Below, piece after piece: positions 1 through 9,838 of a DNA stretch of 64,000 bases. A model generated the notes under the pieces. It made no database searches, had not been told where the DNA came from, and saw only the letters and a list, made by a program, of their open reading frames with translations. The stretch comes from Scenedesmus sp. PABB004 (Eukaryota). The stretch is taken from the NCBI GenBank assembly GCA_014905635.1, contig JABVCE010000021.1, positions 372,001-436,000 of the forward strand, in the 5' to 3' direction. Positions within the stretch are counted from its first letter, which is position 1; the number at the start of each line of letters is the position of its first letter. The translations under genes were made by a program, and so were the position numbers.

Positions 1-1810
1 TGTCCTTCACGCCGCCGGTGCCAGAGACCTACGCCGAGCTCGTGGCGCTCGTGGGCGGCCGGCCGGCGGAGCAGCTGGCGCTCGCGATCAAGCGCGTGCG
101 CAGCTTCAACGCCGCCGCGCTCGCGGCCGACAACAAGCGCAAGCTGCAGGCGCGACCCGCGTCGCGCGTCCGGCGCCGCGCCGCACGTCCGTCTCCGCCG
201 CGCGTCGCCGCTCACCGCTGCGCCGGCGCCGCCGCGGCCGCCGGCATTGCCGCCAGGTCTTCTACGGCCTGCTGGTGCAGCACTTTGCGGCGCTCGCCGG
301 CGAGCGCCCGACGCCGGCGGCGCACCTCGACGCGCTCACGGTCGCGCTGCTGTCGCTGACGCCGGAGGTGCCGTTTTACGCCGCGACCGTCGCGCGCACG
401 CGGCTCGAGCGCCTGCACGACCGCCTTGCCGCCGCGCTGTCCGACCCGCTGGCGGCGGGGCCGCTGCTCGGCTGGCCCGGGCCGCGCGGCGTCGCGCAGC
501 TGCGCCTCTTCGCTGTGCTCTTCCCCACGAGCGACAAGCGGCACCCCGTGACGACGCCGCTCGCGCTGCTGCTGGGCAAGTGCCTCGCGCAGTGCCCCGT
601 GGCGCGGCCGTACCACGCCGCGCTGGGGCTGCTGCTCGCCGGCATGGCGCTGCACAACGCGGCCGCCGCGCCGCGCTTCGTGCCCGAGGCCAACGCCTTT
701 GTCGCGGCGGCGCTGCGCGCGTTTGTGCCCGCGCCGCCGCCCGGCGGCAAGGCCGCGCCGGCCGCACGCGGCGGCGCCGAGCGCGACGCGGGCGCGGGCC
801 TGTTCGCGCCGGGCGTGCTCGCGCTCAGCTGCTGCGGCGCCGGCGCCGGCAGCGCCGCGGGCGGCGGCAAGCGCAGGAAGCAGCAGCAGCTGGGCGGCGG
901 CGGCGAGCAGCAGGCGCTGCCGACGCTCAACCTGCATCGCCTGCTCTCCAGCGAGCCGGACGCCGAGGAGCTCAGCAGCGACGCGTTCAAGCTGCAGCTG
1001 CTGGGCTGCGCGGTCGCGACCGCGACCCGCATCGCCGAGCTCAGCGGCGGCGTTGGCGACGCCGCGCCCGAGGTGCTCACGCCGCTGGCGGCGGCCGCCG
1101 CGGCGGCGGCGGGCGTGTGCGGGCTGCCGCCCGCGGCGGCCGCCGCGCTCGCCGCGCTGCGCGCGCGGCTGGCGGCCGCGGCCGACGCCGTGGCGGCGGC
1201 GCGCGCGCCGATGGTGCAATCGCACAGGTGGGGCGCGGCGCCGGCGCGCCCCGCCCCGCCCGCCTGCCTGCCTGCCCCGGCCACACGCACGCACGCGCGC
1301 ACGCGCGCACTCACGCCCCGCTCACCCACCAACACACCAACCCGCCCGCCCGCCCTCGCGCGCAGGGTCAAGCTCGTGGCGCCGCGTGAGTTCAACCCGC
1401 GGTATGAGGCGGACTTCAGCGCGCACGCCGACTACGACCCCGACCGCACGCGCGCGGCGGCGCGCAAGCTGCAGCGCCAGCTCGTCAAGGAGCGGCGCGG
1501 CGCGATGCGCGAGCTGCGGCGCGACGGCGCCTTCATGGCCGCGGTGCGGCGCCGCGGCGCGGCGCGGCGCGGCAGCACGGCGCGCGGCGCGCGGCCCGGC
1601 GCGGCGCCTCGGCGGCGGCGGCGCCGCTGCTCACGCGCCGCCGGCGCCGCCGCCACCGGCTTGCAGGAGCGCGACGCCGAGAAGGCGGCGGTCAACGCGG
1701 AGCGGCTCGCGAGCGAGCGCGCGTTCTACAGCGAGCTGCAGGTGCAGGAGGCGGACGCGAAGAGCGGCGGCCAGCGCGGCATGAACCCGCACCGCAAGAA
1801 GAAGAAGTGA
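1..1810 (+). CDS. NOP14: Nucleolar protein 14 (NOP14-like), 3' part; spliced, 5' end outside window
   Basis: Spliced translation gives IKRVRSFNAAALAADNKRKLQ|VFYGLLVQHF, LFPTSDKRHPVTTP, RFVPEA, FNPRYEADF..DYDPDRTRA..KERRGAMRELRRD, all typical Nop14 C-terminal motifs. Ends HRKKKK-TGA at 1810. Confidence 0.9.
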   Translation, partial: VLHAAGARDLRRARGARGRPAGGAAGARDQARAQLQRRRARGRQQAQAAGATRVARPAPRRTSVSAARRRSPLRRRRRGRRHCRQVFYGLLVQHFAALAGERPTPAAHLDALTVALLSLTPEVPFYAATVARTRLERLHDRLAAALSDPLAAGPLLGWPGPRGVAQLRLFAVLFPTSDKRHPVTTPLALLLGKCLAQCPVARPYHAALGLLLAGMALHNAAAAPRFVPEANAFVAAALRAFVPAPPPGGKAAPAARGGAERDAGAGLFAPGVLALSCCGAGAGSAAGGGKRRKQQQLGGGGEQQALPTLNLHRLLSSEPDAEELSSDAFKLQLLGCAVATATRIAELSGGVGDAAPEVLTPLAAAAAAAAGVCGLPPAAAAALAALRARLAAAADAVAAARAPMVQSHRWGAAPARPAPPACLPAPATRTHARTRALTPRSPTNTPTRPPALARRVKLVAPREFNPRYEADFSAHADYDPDRTRAAARKLQRQLVKERRGAMRELRRDGAFMAAVRRRGAARRGSTARGARPGAAPRRRRRRCSRAAGAAATGLQERDAEKAAVNAERLASERAFYSELQVQEADAKSGGQRGMNPHRKKKK

Positions 1811-2514
1811 GCGGCGGGCGGCACCCGCGCGGCGCCGGCTGGGGCGGCACCCGCGCCGGCGGCACCCGCGCTCGCGCGTGGCGGCGATCGCGCGCGCGCG
1901 CGCACGCGGCGCGCCTGGTGAGCGGCGTAGTGAGAGCCGTGGCGTGCGGGCGGCAACTGCGCGCGGGCCCTCGCCGCCGCGGCGTATCCTCCGACGACCG
2001 CCGCGGCGGCAGAGCCGCCGCGCCGCCCCCGACCAGCCACAGCGCCCGTCGCACCGCCAGCGACCGCACAGCGACCACGCCGCAGCGCGTCAATTGGCGG
2101 GCAGGTCGCGCCGCACCGCGAGCAGCAGCGGACGCCCGCACCGCGCTGCTGTCCTCAATTCGGCGACAATTCGCTGCTGCTAGGTGGCGCAGCTGCTTCA
2201 AGCTGCTGAGCGTCGTGCGAGGGAGCGCCGCGGCAGGTGCGCGGCGGCGAGCGGCGAGGCGAGGACAGCGCACGCGCGATGGCCGGCCCTGGCGCGCCAG
2301 CTGCCGTCGGCCCCAGGGGTCGCAGACCCCGTCAGCGCTGCGGCACGGGAGCGGCGGGCGGCCACGCGCCCTGGTGGCGCTGGGGTGGCCCGCGCTGCGG
2401 CGGCGCTCGCCGCGCGCCGCGATCCGGCTGGTGCGGGCCAGGGCGCCCGCTGGCGCCGCTCCAGCCCGCTCACCGCGCCCCCATGTGCTTGCCGCAGGCG
2501 CACCGGCGCCCGGC

Positions 2515-4888
2515 ATGCGATGCGTGCAGCAGGCAGGGGCGGGCCGCGCGGCGCGGCAGCGCTGCGCGGCGGCGCCGCAGCACGCGGCGCTGCGGCGGCC
2601 CGCCGCGCGCCAGCTGGCGCGGCCAGCGGCGGCGCTGGAGAGTGCCGGGCGTTGCAGAGCAGACGTCAGTGCAGGCAGCAGGGCGGGCGTCGCCCGTGGT
2701 AGCAGCAGCAGGTGCAGCGACAGCAGGAGCAGCAGCAGCAGCGGCAGCAGCGGCTGCGGCAGCAGCGCGGCGCAGCGGCGCCGGCTGCGAGCGCCGCCGT
2801 GCGGCGCCTGGGGCCGGCCGGGCGGCGGCAGCGGCGCGCCGCCGGGCGACCCCTGGGCGTCGCCGCCGGGCGCGGCGGGGGCCGGCGGCGCGGCCGCGCC
2901 GCCGGCCGGCACGGAGCAGCCCGGCGGCGGCGCGCCGGGCGCGCTGGACAGCTACGACCCCTGGGACGACGCGCGGTCGCCCGACGGCCCGCGGGCGGCG
3001 CGCCGGCGTACGAGGCGACCGACTGGGGCTGGGACGGCGCCGGGCAGGACTGGGACCCCGCCGCGGGGCTCGCGCCGGAGCAGCTGGCCGACCTGGAGCG
3101 CGACTACCAGGAGCAGCTCGATCGCCGCAGGCGCGCCGGGGCGGGGCGGCCGGGAGAATTCAGCGCGCGCGACGCAGGGAGGGGGGGAGCGCCTCCAGGG
3201 GGAGGGCGGGAGGGCGGGGGGCAGGCGGCGCGCGGCGCGCGGCGCCGCAGCCGGCGCCGCTGCCAACGCCGCTGCCGCTGCCGCGCAGGGGGCTGGAGAA
3301 CCCGCCGCGCGACAAGTGGATCACGCCGCTGCTGGACTGGCAGTCCATCTACGGCGCGTTTGACCCCGACCAGTCGCGCACGGAGGACACGATGGCCGAC
3401 GAGGCGCTCACAAACAAGGAGGAGAGCCGGTGGGTGTGGGTGGGTGGGGGAGGGGGGGGAGGGGGAGGGGTCGCGCAGGAGGGACGCGCGCGGCGCGGCG
3501 GCCGGGCGGCGCGCCGCGGCGCCGACGCTCACGGCCGGCCGCCGCCGCCGCCGCCGCTGCGGCGCCGCAGCGAGGCGCTCGCGTTTGCGGGGCGGCTGGT
3601 CGTAATCCCCCTCATCACCGGCGCGCTCATCAGCCGCGCCATCACCGACCCCGTGCTCTCCTTCAGCCTGCAGGCGCGCCCGCCGCGCCACGGGCCCGCC
3701 CGCGCCGCCGGCGCCGCCGCGCAGCGGGGCCCTGCTAAACCCCGCCTGCGTCCCCCCCCCCCCCCCACACCCCCACCCCCACCCACCCACCCATTCGCAG
3801 AACAACCCCGACGCGTTCAGCATGACGACGCGGCAGAAGATTGAGGGCGCGTCCGCGGTGCACCTGGAGGAGACGCGCGTGAAGATGATGGTCGCCATCG
3901 GCCAGGCGCCGCCGCTCGACGACGCGGGCATGCTCGCGCACCTGCACGAGTACGCGCGCGAGGTGAGCGAGAAGGACGCCCCCCGGCGCGGCGCGCGGCG
4001 CGGGAGAGCGGCGCGCCTCGCGCGCCCCGCCCGGCCACGCACCATCGCAGCGCATGACGTGCGGGCACTCCCCCGCCCTTTCCCCCCCCATGCCGCGGCG
4101 CCTGGCCGTCTGCCACACACACGCACACACACACGCACGCGCGCACGCACGCAGGTGCAGGAGGAGGAGCGGAGCAAGAACGAGGCCAACCTCATGACGC
4201 TCGTGAGCGACAGCATCAGCGCGATGGCCTTCTTCGCGCTCTTCGTCCGCGACACGCCCGGCCGCACCGCGCTCTTCTGCACCATCGGCCGCCTCTTCGA
4301 GGGGCTCAGCGACATCGCCAAGGCGCGGGCGCAGCGGCGCGGGCGCAGCAGCGGCGGCGCCCGCCGCGCACCGTCACGCTCGCTGCACACGCTCGCGCAC
4401 TCACGCTGAACGCACGCGCACGCACTGAACATGCACGCGCACGCGCTGAACACGCACGCGCAGGCGGTGATGATCATCCTCGTCGCCGACACGCTGCTGG
4501 GCTACCACTCGGAGGAGGGTGCGTGGGGCACGCCGCCGCGCCCGCCCGCGCACCGCGCAGCGCCCGCGCCGCCACCACGCTCCGTCCGCCGCGCGCTCCA
4601 CCGCATTTTCCCACCACGCACACACACAGCACGCTCAATCACGTGCAGACACACAATCTCAACGCAAGCGCTCTCACGCGCGCCGCCGCCGCCGCCGCAG
4701 GCTGGACGGGGTTCCTGGACCTGCTGCTGGGCCACTACGGCATCGAGGTGGAGGAGGAGAACATCGTTCTCTTCGTGGGCATCATTCCCATCGCGATAGA
4801 CGTGCTTTTCAAGTATTGGATATTCATCGGGCTCAACCGCATCTCGCCCGGCGCCGTCGTGACGATCAAGCAGCTCGACCGCCACTGA
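2515..4888 (+). CDS. Nuclear-encoded CemA/Ycf10-family plastid envelope membrane protein; multi-exon, apparent 1-nt frameshift near 2988
   Basis: Arg/Ser/Ala-rich transit-peptide-like N-terminus. C-terminal exons give LFEGLSDIAK|AVMIILVADTLLGYHSEEG|WTGFLDLLLGHYGI..FVGIIPIAIDVLFKYWIFIGLNRISPGAV, matching the CemA signature (D.F.G.HS..GW...D..FKYWIF..LNR.SP). Confidence 0.85.
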
Positions 4889-4934
4889 TCGCGTGTTTTT
4901 GGGCTGGCGAGCCGCCGAGAGTGCCTACTCCACG

Positions 4935-4989
4935 GCGCCAGGCGGGGCCGCGCTCTGAGGCGAGCGCGCGAGGTCGGCTGTCCCGCCCA

Positions 4990-5028
<39 letters not shown>

Positions 5029-5650
5029 GGTTCACCTCACTGCGTGGCCTGCTGAGCTGCACGCCGTGTGAGTTTCTGTGCTGATCGCTGTGCGGTGCGC
5101 GAGGCAGCCCAGAAACTCACAACCGGCGCAACTCCCGCCAGCGAGCGGCGGCCACACCCCCATCGCGCCCCTGCTGTCCCGGGACACTCCCCGCGTCTCC
5201 CGGCCGCGACGAGCCGGCGTTTGCGGCCGCAGTCGCGCGCGAGGGTCGGGAGCATCGCGACCGCGACCGACACCAGCTCGCGACGCCGCCCCGCCCCGGC
5301 ATGCAATGACAAGCCTCCAGCGCTGCCGGTCAGGAGCTCCCCGCCGCAGCGCAGTGCCGACGCTCCGCTGGCCGGCGGCGGCGGTGAAGCAGCGGCGACG
5401 CGCGCCGCTCCGCGCCGCGCTGCCGTCGGCCGCCGAGCGGCCGCCCAGCCGCTCCGGTCGCTCCACTGGTCGCTCCACCGGTCCACGCATGACGCAGTGC
5501 GGCGACGCGCGCGAGCCGCTGCTGCACCGGGAGCAGCAGCGCACGGAGCGCTCGTCGCCGCCGCCGCCGCCGGAGCCGCCAGCACCGCGGCCGCCGCGGG
5601 CCGACTGGGGCAGCCTGCGGCTGCACAAGGGCGCCAAGGTCTTCCCCGCC
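4935..5650 (+). pseudogene. Diverged, truncated duplicate of the upstream region and exon 1 of the DiT gene (counterpart ~9350-10182)
   Basis: 5306-5650 encodes MTSLQRCRSGAPRRSAVPTLRWP...DAREPLL...ADWGSLRLHKGAKVFPA, nearly the same as 9839-10182. Similarity stops abruptly after KVFPA. Confidence 0.85.
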
Positions 5651-5679
5651 GCGGTGGCCGGCGGCGGCGGTGAAGCAGC

Positions 5680-5897
5680 GGCAGGGCGGGGCGGGCCGGG
5701 CGCGGGGCGCGCGTCGCGCGTCGCGACGCGCGCGAGGTTCGGCTGCTGGCGGCGGCGGCGCCGCCGCCTGGTTCGCCTGGTTCGCCTCACTGCGTGTGGG
5801 CTGAGCCGGTTGAGTTGTTGTGCGCCGCACAGTCCAGTTGGTAATAATCGGCGCCAGGCGGGGCCGCGCCAGCCGTCGCGGGCGCCCGCTGGCAGCG
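5680..5897 (+). repeat. Left copy of a ~210 bp near-identical direct repeat (right copy 9296-9504)
   Basis: ggcagggcggggcgggccggg...gagccggttgagttgttgtgcgccgcacagtccagttggtaataatcgg...ctggcagcg occurs at both sites; the left copy has an extra 9-bp tggttcgcc. Confidence 0.95.
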
Positions 5898-5973
5898 TCG
5901 CTCGGCCGCGACGAGCCGGCGGTTGCGGTCGTGACGATCAAGCAGCTCGACCGCCACTGAGTCATGCCTGACG

Positions 5974-6077
5974 GAAAATTAATTAAATTTTCGGTTCGGT
6001 AGACGGCAGTTGCGCGGTTCGGTAGACGGCAGTTTCGCTGCGCTCGCGCAGCCGCGGTACCGCCGACCGGTCGGCGG
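5974..6077. repeat. AT-rich imperfect palindrome, 20-bp direct repeat pair and 18-bp perfect palindrome
   Basis: gaaaattaattaaattttc (5974-5992); cggttcggtagacggcagtt at 5992-6011 and 6015-6034; ccgccgaccggtcggcgg (6060-6077). Confidence 0.9.
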
Positions 6078-6813
6078 CGACAGCTGCGCGTCGAGGCGCT
6101 CACGCCAGCCCTGCTCGCGCTGGGCGTGCTGCTGCTCAGTTTGCCATGCGGTTAGCAGCAGAGTGCACCGCTCCAGTCCGGGGGCGCGGCGCGGCGGCGG
6201 GCGCGGCGCGCAGACTGGTTTCGCGGCGGCCGCGCACAGCGCGGCGGCGCGCGCACGCTGGCGCGCGGCGGTCAGGCCGCGCGCGCTTTGCGCGCAGAAC
6301 GGTGGCGCGCCGGCCGCCCGCGGCGCGGCGCCGCAGGTTCTGTCGTCCTGTCACAAGGCAGCTGCCCGAGCGCCGTTGCGGCCGCCGGAGGCGCGAGGGG
6401 CCGCCGCACCGCCCACTCGCCCTCGCTCACGTCACGCGCACACCACGGCGCCCGTGCCCGCCCCTCCCAGGGCCGGCGCGCGCGCAGCAGAGGGCGCGCC
6501 GCCGCGAGCGCCGGCGCTCGCCGCCGCCACGCCCGCCTTCCGCGCCGCCCCGCCGGCCACACGCGGCTGATCACGGTGCGCAGAGGCGCCTGGCGCGGCG
6601 CGGTGGGCGGGCGGCGCGGGGCTGCGCGGCGGCGGGCGGTCATCGGCGCTGTCTGCCGCAGCGCGCCGCCGCCCCGGGCCGCCGCGCCGCGCCGCCCACT
6701 TCCCCCTGACGCACTCCCCGCTCCCGATACGCCCACAGGCCCGCCGCGCCCGCCCCTCCCAGGCGCTCCCGCGCGGCGGGGCCTTCAACTCCTGCGCACG
6801 CGCCGCGACCACC

Positions 6814-9094
6814 ATGGCGTCGCGCAGCTCCATCAGCAGCGACAGCGCCAGCAGCGCCGCTGCCAGCAGCAGCGACGACGACGGCGGCGGCGCCTACTAC
6901 GTGTCGCCCGCCAAGCTGCGCGCCACGAGCGCGGTGCGGGGGTTGGGCCCGCGGCGGCGTGCAGGCTGGCAGCGCGCCTGCCGCCGCCAGTCGGCCCAGC
7001 CCCTGACCACACACCCTTCACACCCCTTCCTCTGATGCGCGCGCGCAGGGCGACGGCGGCCCGCGCGCGCGCGCGGCCGGCGGAGGCGCCGGCACCAGCA
7101 GCGCCGCCGGGCCCAGCGGCGACAGCAGCGCCCAGCCGCGCAAGCGCAGCACGCCGGCCTACCTGCGCGACGAGCAGGAGCCCATCCCGCCTGCGGCCCC
7201 GCGCGGCGCGCGCGGCGCCGCGCGCGTGGCGGCCAAGCTCGCCGCGCAGGCGGAGCGCGCGGCGGCGGGCCTGGCGGCGTTCTTCTCCGAGCGCTGGGCG
7301 TACCGCACCGACGTGAGCAGCGATTGCGCGCGCCGCGCGCGGGCGCGCTGCCGTGGCAGCAGGCCCTGCCAGCACGTGCACCCCACGCCCTCCCGCGCGC
7401 GCGCGCGCGCGCGCCCAGAACGGCGAGGTCGCGCTGGTGTACGGCGGGCCGGGGCTTCCCGAGGACGTGCGCGCCAAGGCGCGCGCGCTCATCACGGCGC
7501 TGGGCTACAAGCGCGGGCGCGGCGGCTGGAAGGTGAGGCGCGCGCGCACGCAGGGGCCCTGCGCCGCGGCGATGCGCAGCCCAAAGGCGACGCGCTCCTC
7601 CAGCAGCCTCACCCTCATACACACGTCTGCGCCAACAGGCCGGCAAGGGGCACTTCCACCGCAACACAGACCAGCTGCTGAGGACGCTCGAGGGCCGCCA
7701 GCTGCTGCACCTCGTCAAGCCCATCATCGACGACCTCAAGGCGCAGACCGGCTACATCGGCGCCGACGCTGAGCTGGTGGTGCAAGCGGGCAACCAACAG
7801 CCCGACCACCGCGACACGTTCACCGGCGCCGACTGGTTTGAGCGGGTGAGGCTGCGGCGGCGGCCCGGCGGCGGCGGTGCAGCGCTCCAGCTAGCGTTGC
7901 GCCCACCTCCTGCTCCAACGCCGACTTGCCGCCAACGCGCGCGCGCAGGCTGGCGTCGAGCTGCCGGCGCAGGGCGCGGCCGGCGCGCCCGCGCTGGCGG
8001 CGGCGGCAGGCGCGGCGGGCGCGCCCGCGCTGGCGGCGGCGGCAGGCGCGGCGGGCGCGCCCGCGCTGGCGGCGGCGGCAGGCGCGTCGGGCGCGCCCAT
8101 GCTGGCAGCGGCGGCAGGCGCGGCGGGCGCGGCCGCGCTGGGCGGCGAGGGCGAGCTGCCCAGCTCCTACAAGCTCGAGCGCGTGCCTGGTGGCTTCCGC
8201 ATTCTGCTGGACCTGGAGCCCACCGGGAAGCGCTCCGTGATCTACAAGATCCTGCGCGGCCGCAACCTCCACCAGGTGTGGCGCACGCGCGCGCAGCAAC
8301 GCCGCCTCAGGGGCTTATGCGGGCGCTGCGCAGCCCCCCACCCCCTCTCACTCAAAAGAAAACGGCGCTCCCGCTGGCGCAGGTCAAGAAGATGCGGTGG
8401 GGCATGATCGCGATGAACGCCGCTGCCGCCGGCTCGGGCGGCTGGCGCCACGGCCGCCCCATGCACCACGGCCGCTACGGCGACGGCGGCACGGTGCGCT
8501 GCGCTGCGCTGCGCGCCAGCCGCTGCGCACAGCCGCCGCCGCGCACGCCGCGCGCGCCCACCCCAGGCACCACCTCGCCCATCCGCGCAGATGAGCATCG
8601 ACGTGGCGCTGCCGGTTCTGGCGGGGCCGGAGAAGCAGGGCGGCGTGCCCGGCGCGTCGCTGCAGACCAAGGCCTGGTCCGTCTTCAACCACGGCGGCCA
8701 CGGCGCCTCGCTCAACGACGCGCCGGCCGTGGGCGGGCGGCGCCGCGGCGCGGGCAAGCCGCCGGCTGCAGAGGGCGCGGCTGCACGCGCCGCGGCCGCC
8801 GCCGCCGCGGCCGCCGCCGCCGCCGCCGCGGCGGCCGCCGCCGCGGCGCAGGCCGAGCTGGCCAGCGACGAGGAGGACCACGAGGAGGAGGAGCCGGAGC
8901 AGCACTGCTGGTACTGCGGCACCACCCGCACGCCGCGCTTCCGGCGCGTCGGCCGCCACTGGTGGTGCAACGCCTGCGCCGTCCAGCAGCGCAAGGCCCC
9001 GGCGGCCTTCGACGTCGCGAGCCGCCCCTGGAAGGGGTGCGGCGACGACGGCTGCGCGGGCTGCCTGCACCCGGCGGCGGTGGCGGACAGCTAG
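6814..9094 (+). CDS. Putative 2OG-Fe(II)/AlkB-like dioxygenase domain fused to a C-terminal GATA-like zinc finger (about 7 exons)
   Basis: GT-AG introns at ~6934-7048, 7313-7418, 7533-7638, 7846-7948, 8276-8382 and 8494-8590 join one frame: ..AELVVQAGNQQPDHRD..FRILLDLEPTGKRSVIYK..WGMIAMN..MHHGRYGDGGTMSIDVAL..CWYCGTTRTPRFRRVGRHWWCNAC. The Zn finger is clear; the dioxygenase call rests only on motif order. Confidence 0.6.
7973..8140 (+). repeat. 36-bp coding tandem repeat ([12 protein letters not shown], about 4.5 copies)
   Basis: Unit ggcgcggcgggcgcgcccgcgctggcggcggcggca repeated in frame inside an exon. Confidence 0.9.
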
Positions 9095-9105
9095 GTACCT
9101 AGCTG
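9088..9105. repeat. 18-bp perfect palindrome overlapping the TAG stop codon
   Basis: cagctaggtacctagctg; the stop is at 9092-9094. Confidence 0.95.
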
Positions 9106-9108
9106 CCC

Positions 9109-9228
9109 GCCGCCCGCCGCGCTGCCTGGCCGCCGCCTGTCTGCGCCCGTGCTACCGGTAGCACGGGCGCCCGTGCTACCGGTAGCACGGGCGCAGACAG
9201 GCGGCGGCCAGGCAGCGCGGCGGGCGGC
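9109..9228. repeat. Perfect 120-bp palindrome containing two nested 24-bp palindromes, followed by 20-bp tandem repeats to ~9260
   Basis: Arm 9109-9144, gcccgtgctaccggtagcacgggc twice (9145-9168, 9169-9192), then the reverse-complement arm 9193-9228. Followed by repeats of ggcggccaggcagcgcggcg. Confidence 0.97.
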
Positions 9229-9295
9229 CAGGCAGCGCGGCGGGCGGCCAGGCAGCGTGGGCGGGCGAGAGCGGGCGCCAGGGCAGTGGAGGAGT

Positions 9296-9504
9296 GGCAG
9301 GGCGGGGCGGGCCGGGCGCGGGGCGCGCGTCGCGCGTCGCGACGCGCGCGAGGTTCGGCTGCTGGCGGCGGCGGCGCCGCCGCCTGGTTCGCCTCACTGC
9401 GTGTGGGCTGAGCCGGTTGAGTTGTTGTGCGCCGCACAGTCCAGTTGGTAATAATCGGCGCCAGGCGGGGCCGCGCCAGCCGTCGCGGGCGCCCGCTGGC
9501 AGCG
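9296..9504 (+). repeat. Right copy of the ~210 bp direct repeat (left copy 5680-5897)
   Basis: Base-by-base match to 5680-5897 apart from one 9-bp indel. Confidence 0.95.
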
Positions 9505-9838
9505 GCCAGGGGGAGCTGCACGGTGCTTGCCGGGCGGTCTGCCGCGTCGCAGTAGGTGCAGAGGTCGGCCGGGTTCCCGTGGGATGTGCTGATCGCTGTG
9601 CGCTGCGCGAGGCTGTGCGGGGCACCTGCTGACAGAACCCAGCAGCGGCGGAACGTAACCGCAGCGAGCGGCGGCCGCACGCCAGTCGCAGTCTCCCGCC
9701 TGCCCCGGGACGCTGCCTGCGTCGCTCGGCCGCGACGAGCCGGCGGTTGCGGCCGCAGTCGCGCGCGAGGGTTGCGTCGGGAGCGGGCGGCCCTCGCGAC
9801 GCCAGCCCTCTCGCGACGCCGCCCCGCCCCGGCATGCA

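Noticed and set aside
5992..6034. 20-bp direct repeats as a mini CRISPR array
   Set aside because: Only two copies with a 3-bp spacer, no cas genes, and a eukaryotic context.
9070..9105. CTAG plus hairpin as a Helitron 3' end
   Set aside because: The strong hairpins overlap or lie downstream of the CTAG rather than ~10-15 nt upstream. No matching 5' TC end at an AT target or Rep/helicase was identified.
5680..9504. Direct repeats as retroelement LTRs
   Set aside because: No TG..CA ends, primer-binding site, gag, RT, integrase or tyrosine recombinase is evident. The repeat resembles host CemA-DiT intergenic sequence and the internal gene has introns.
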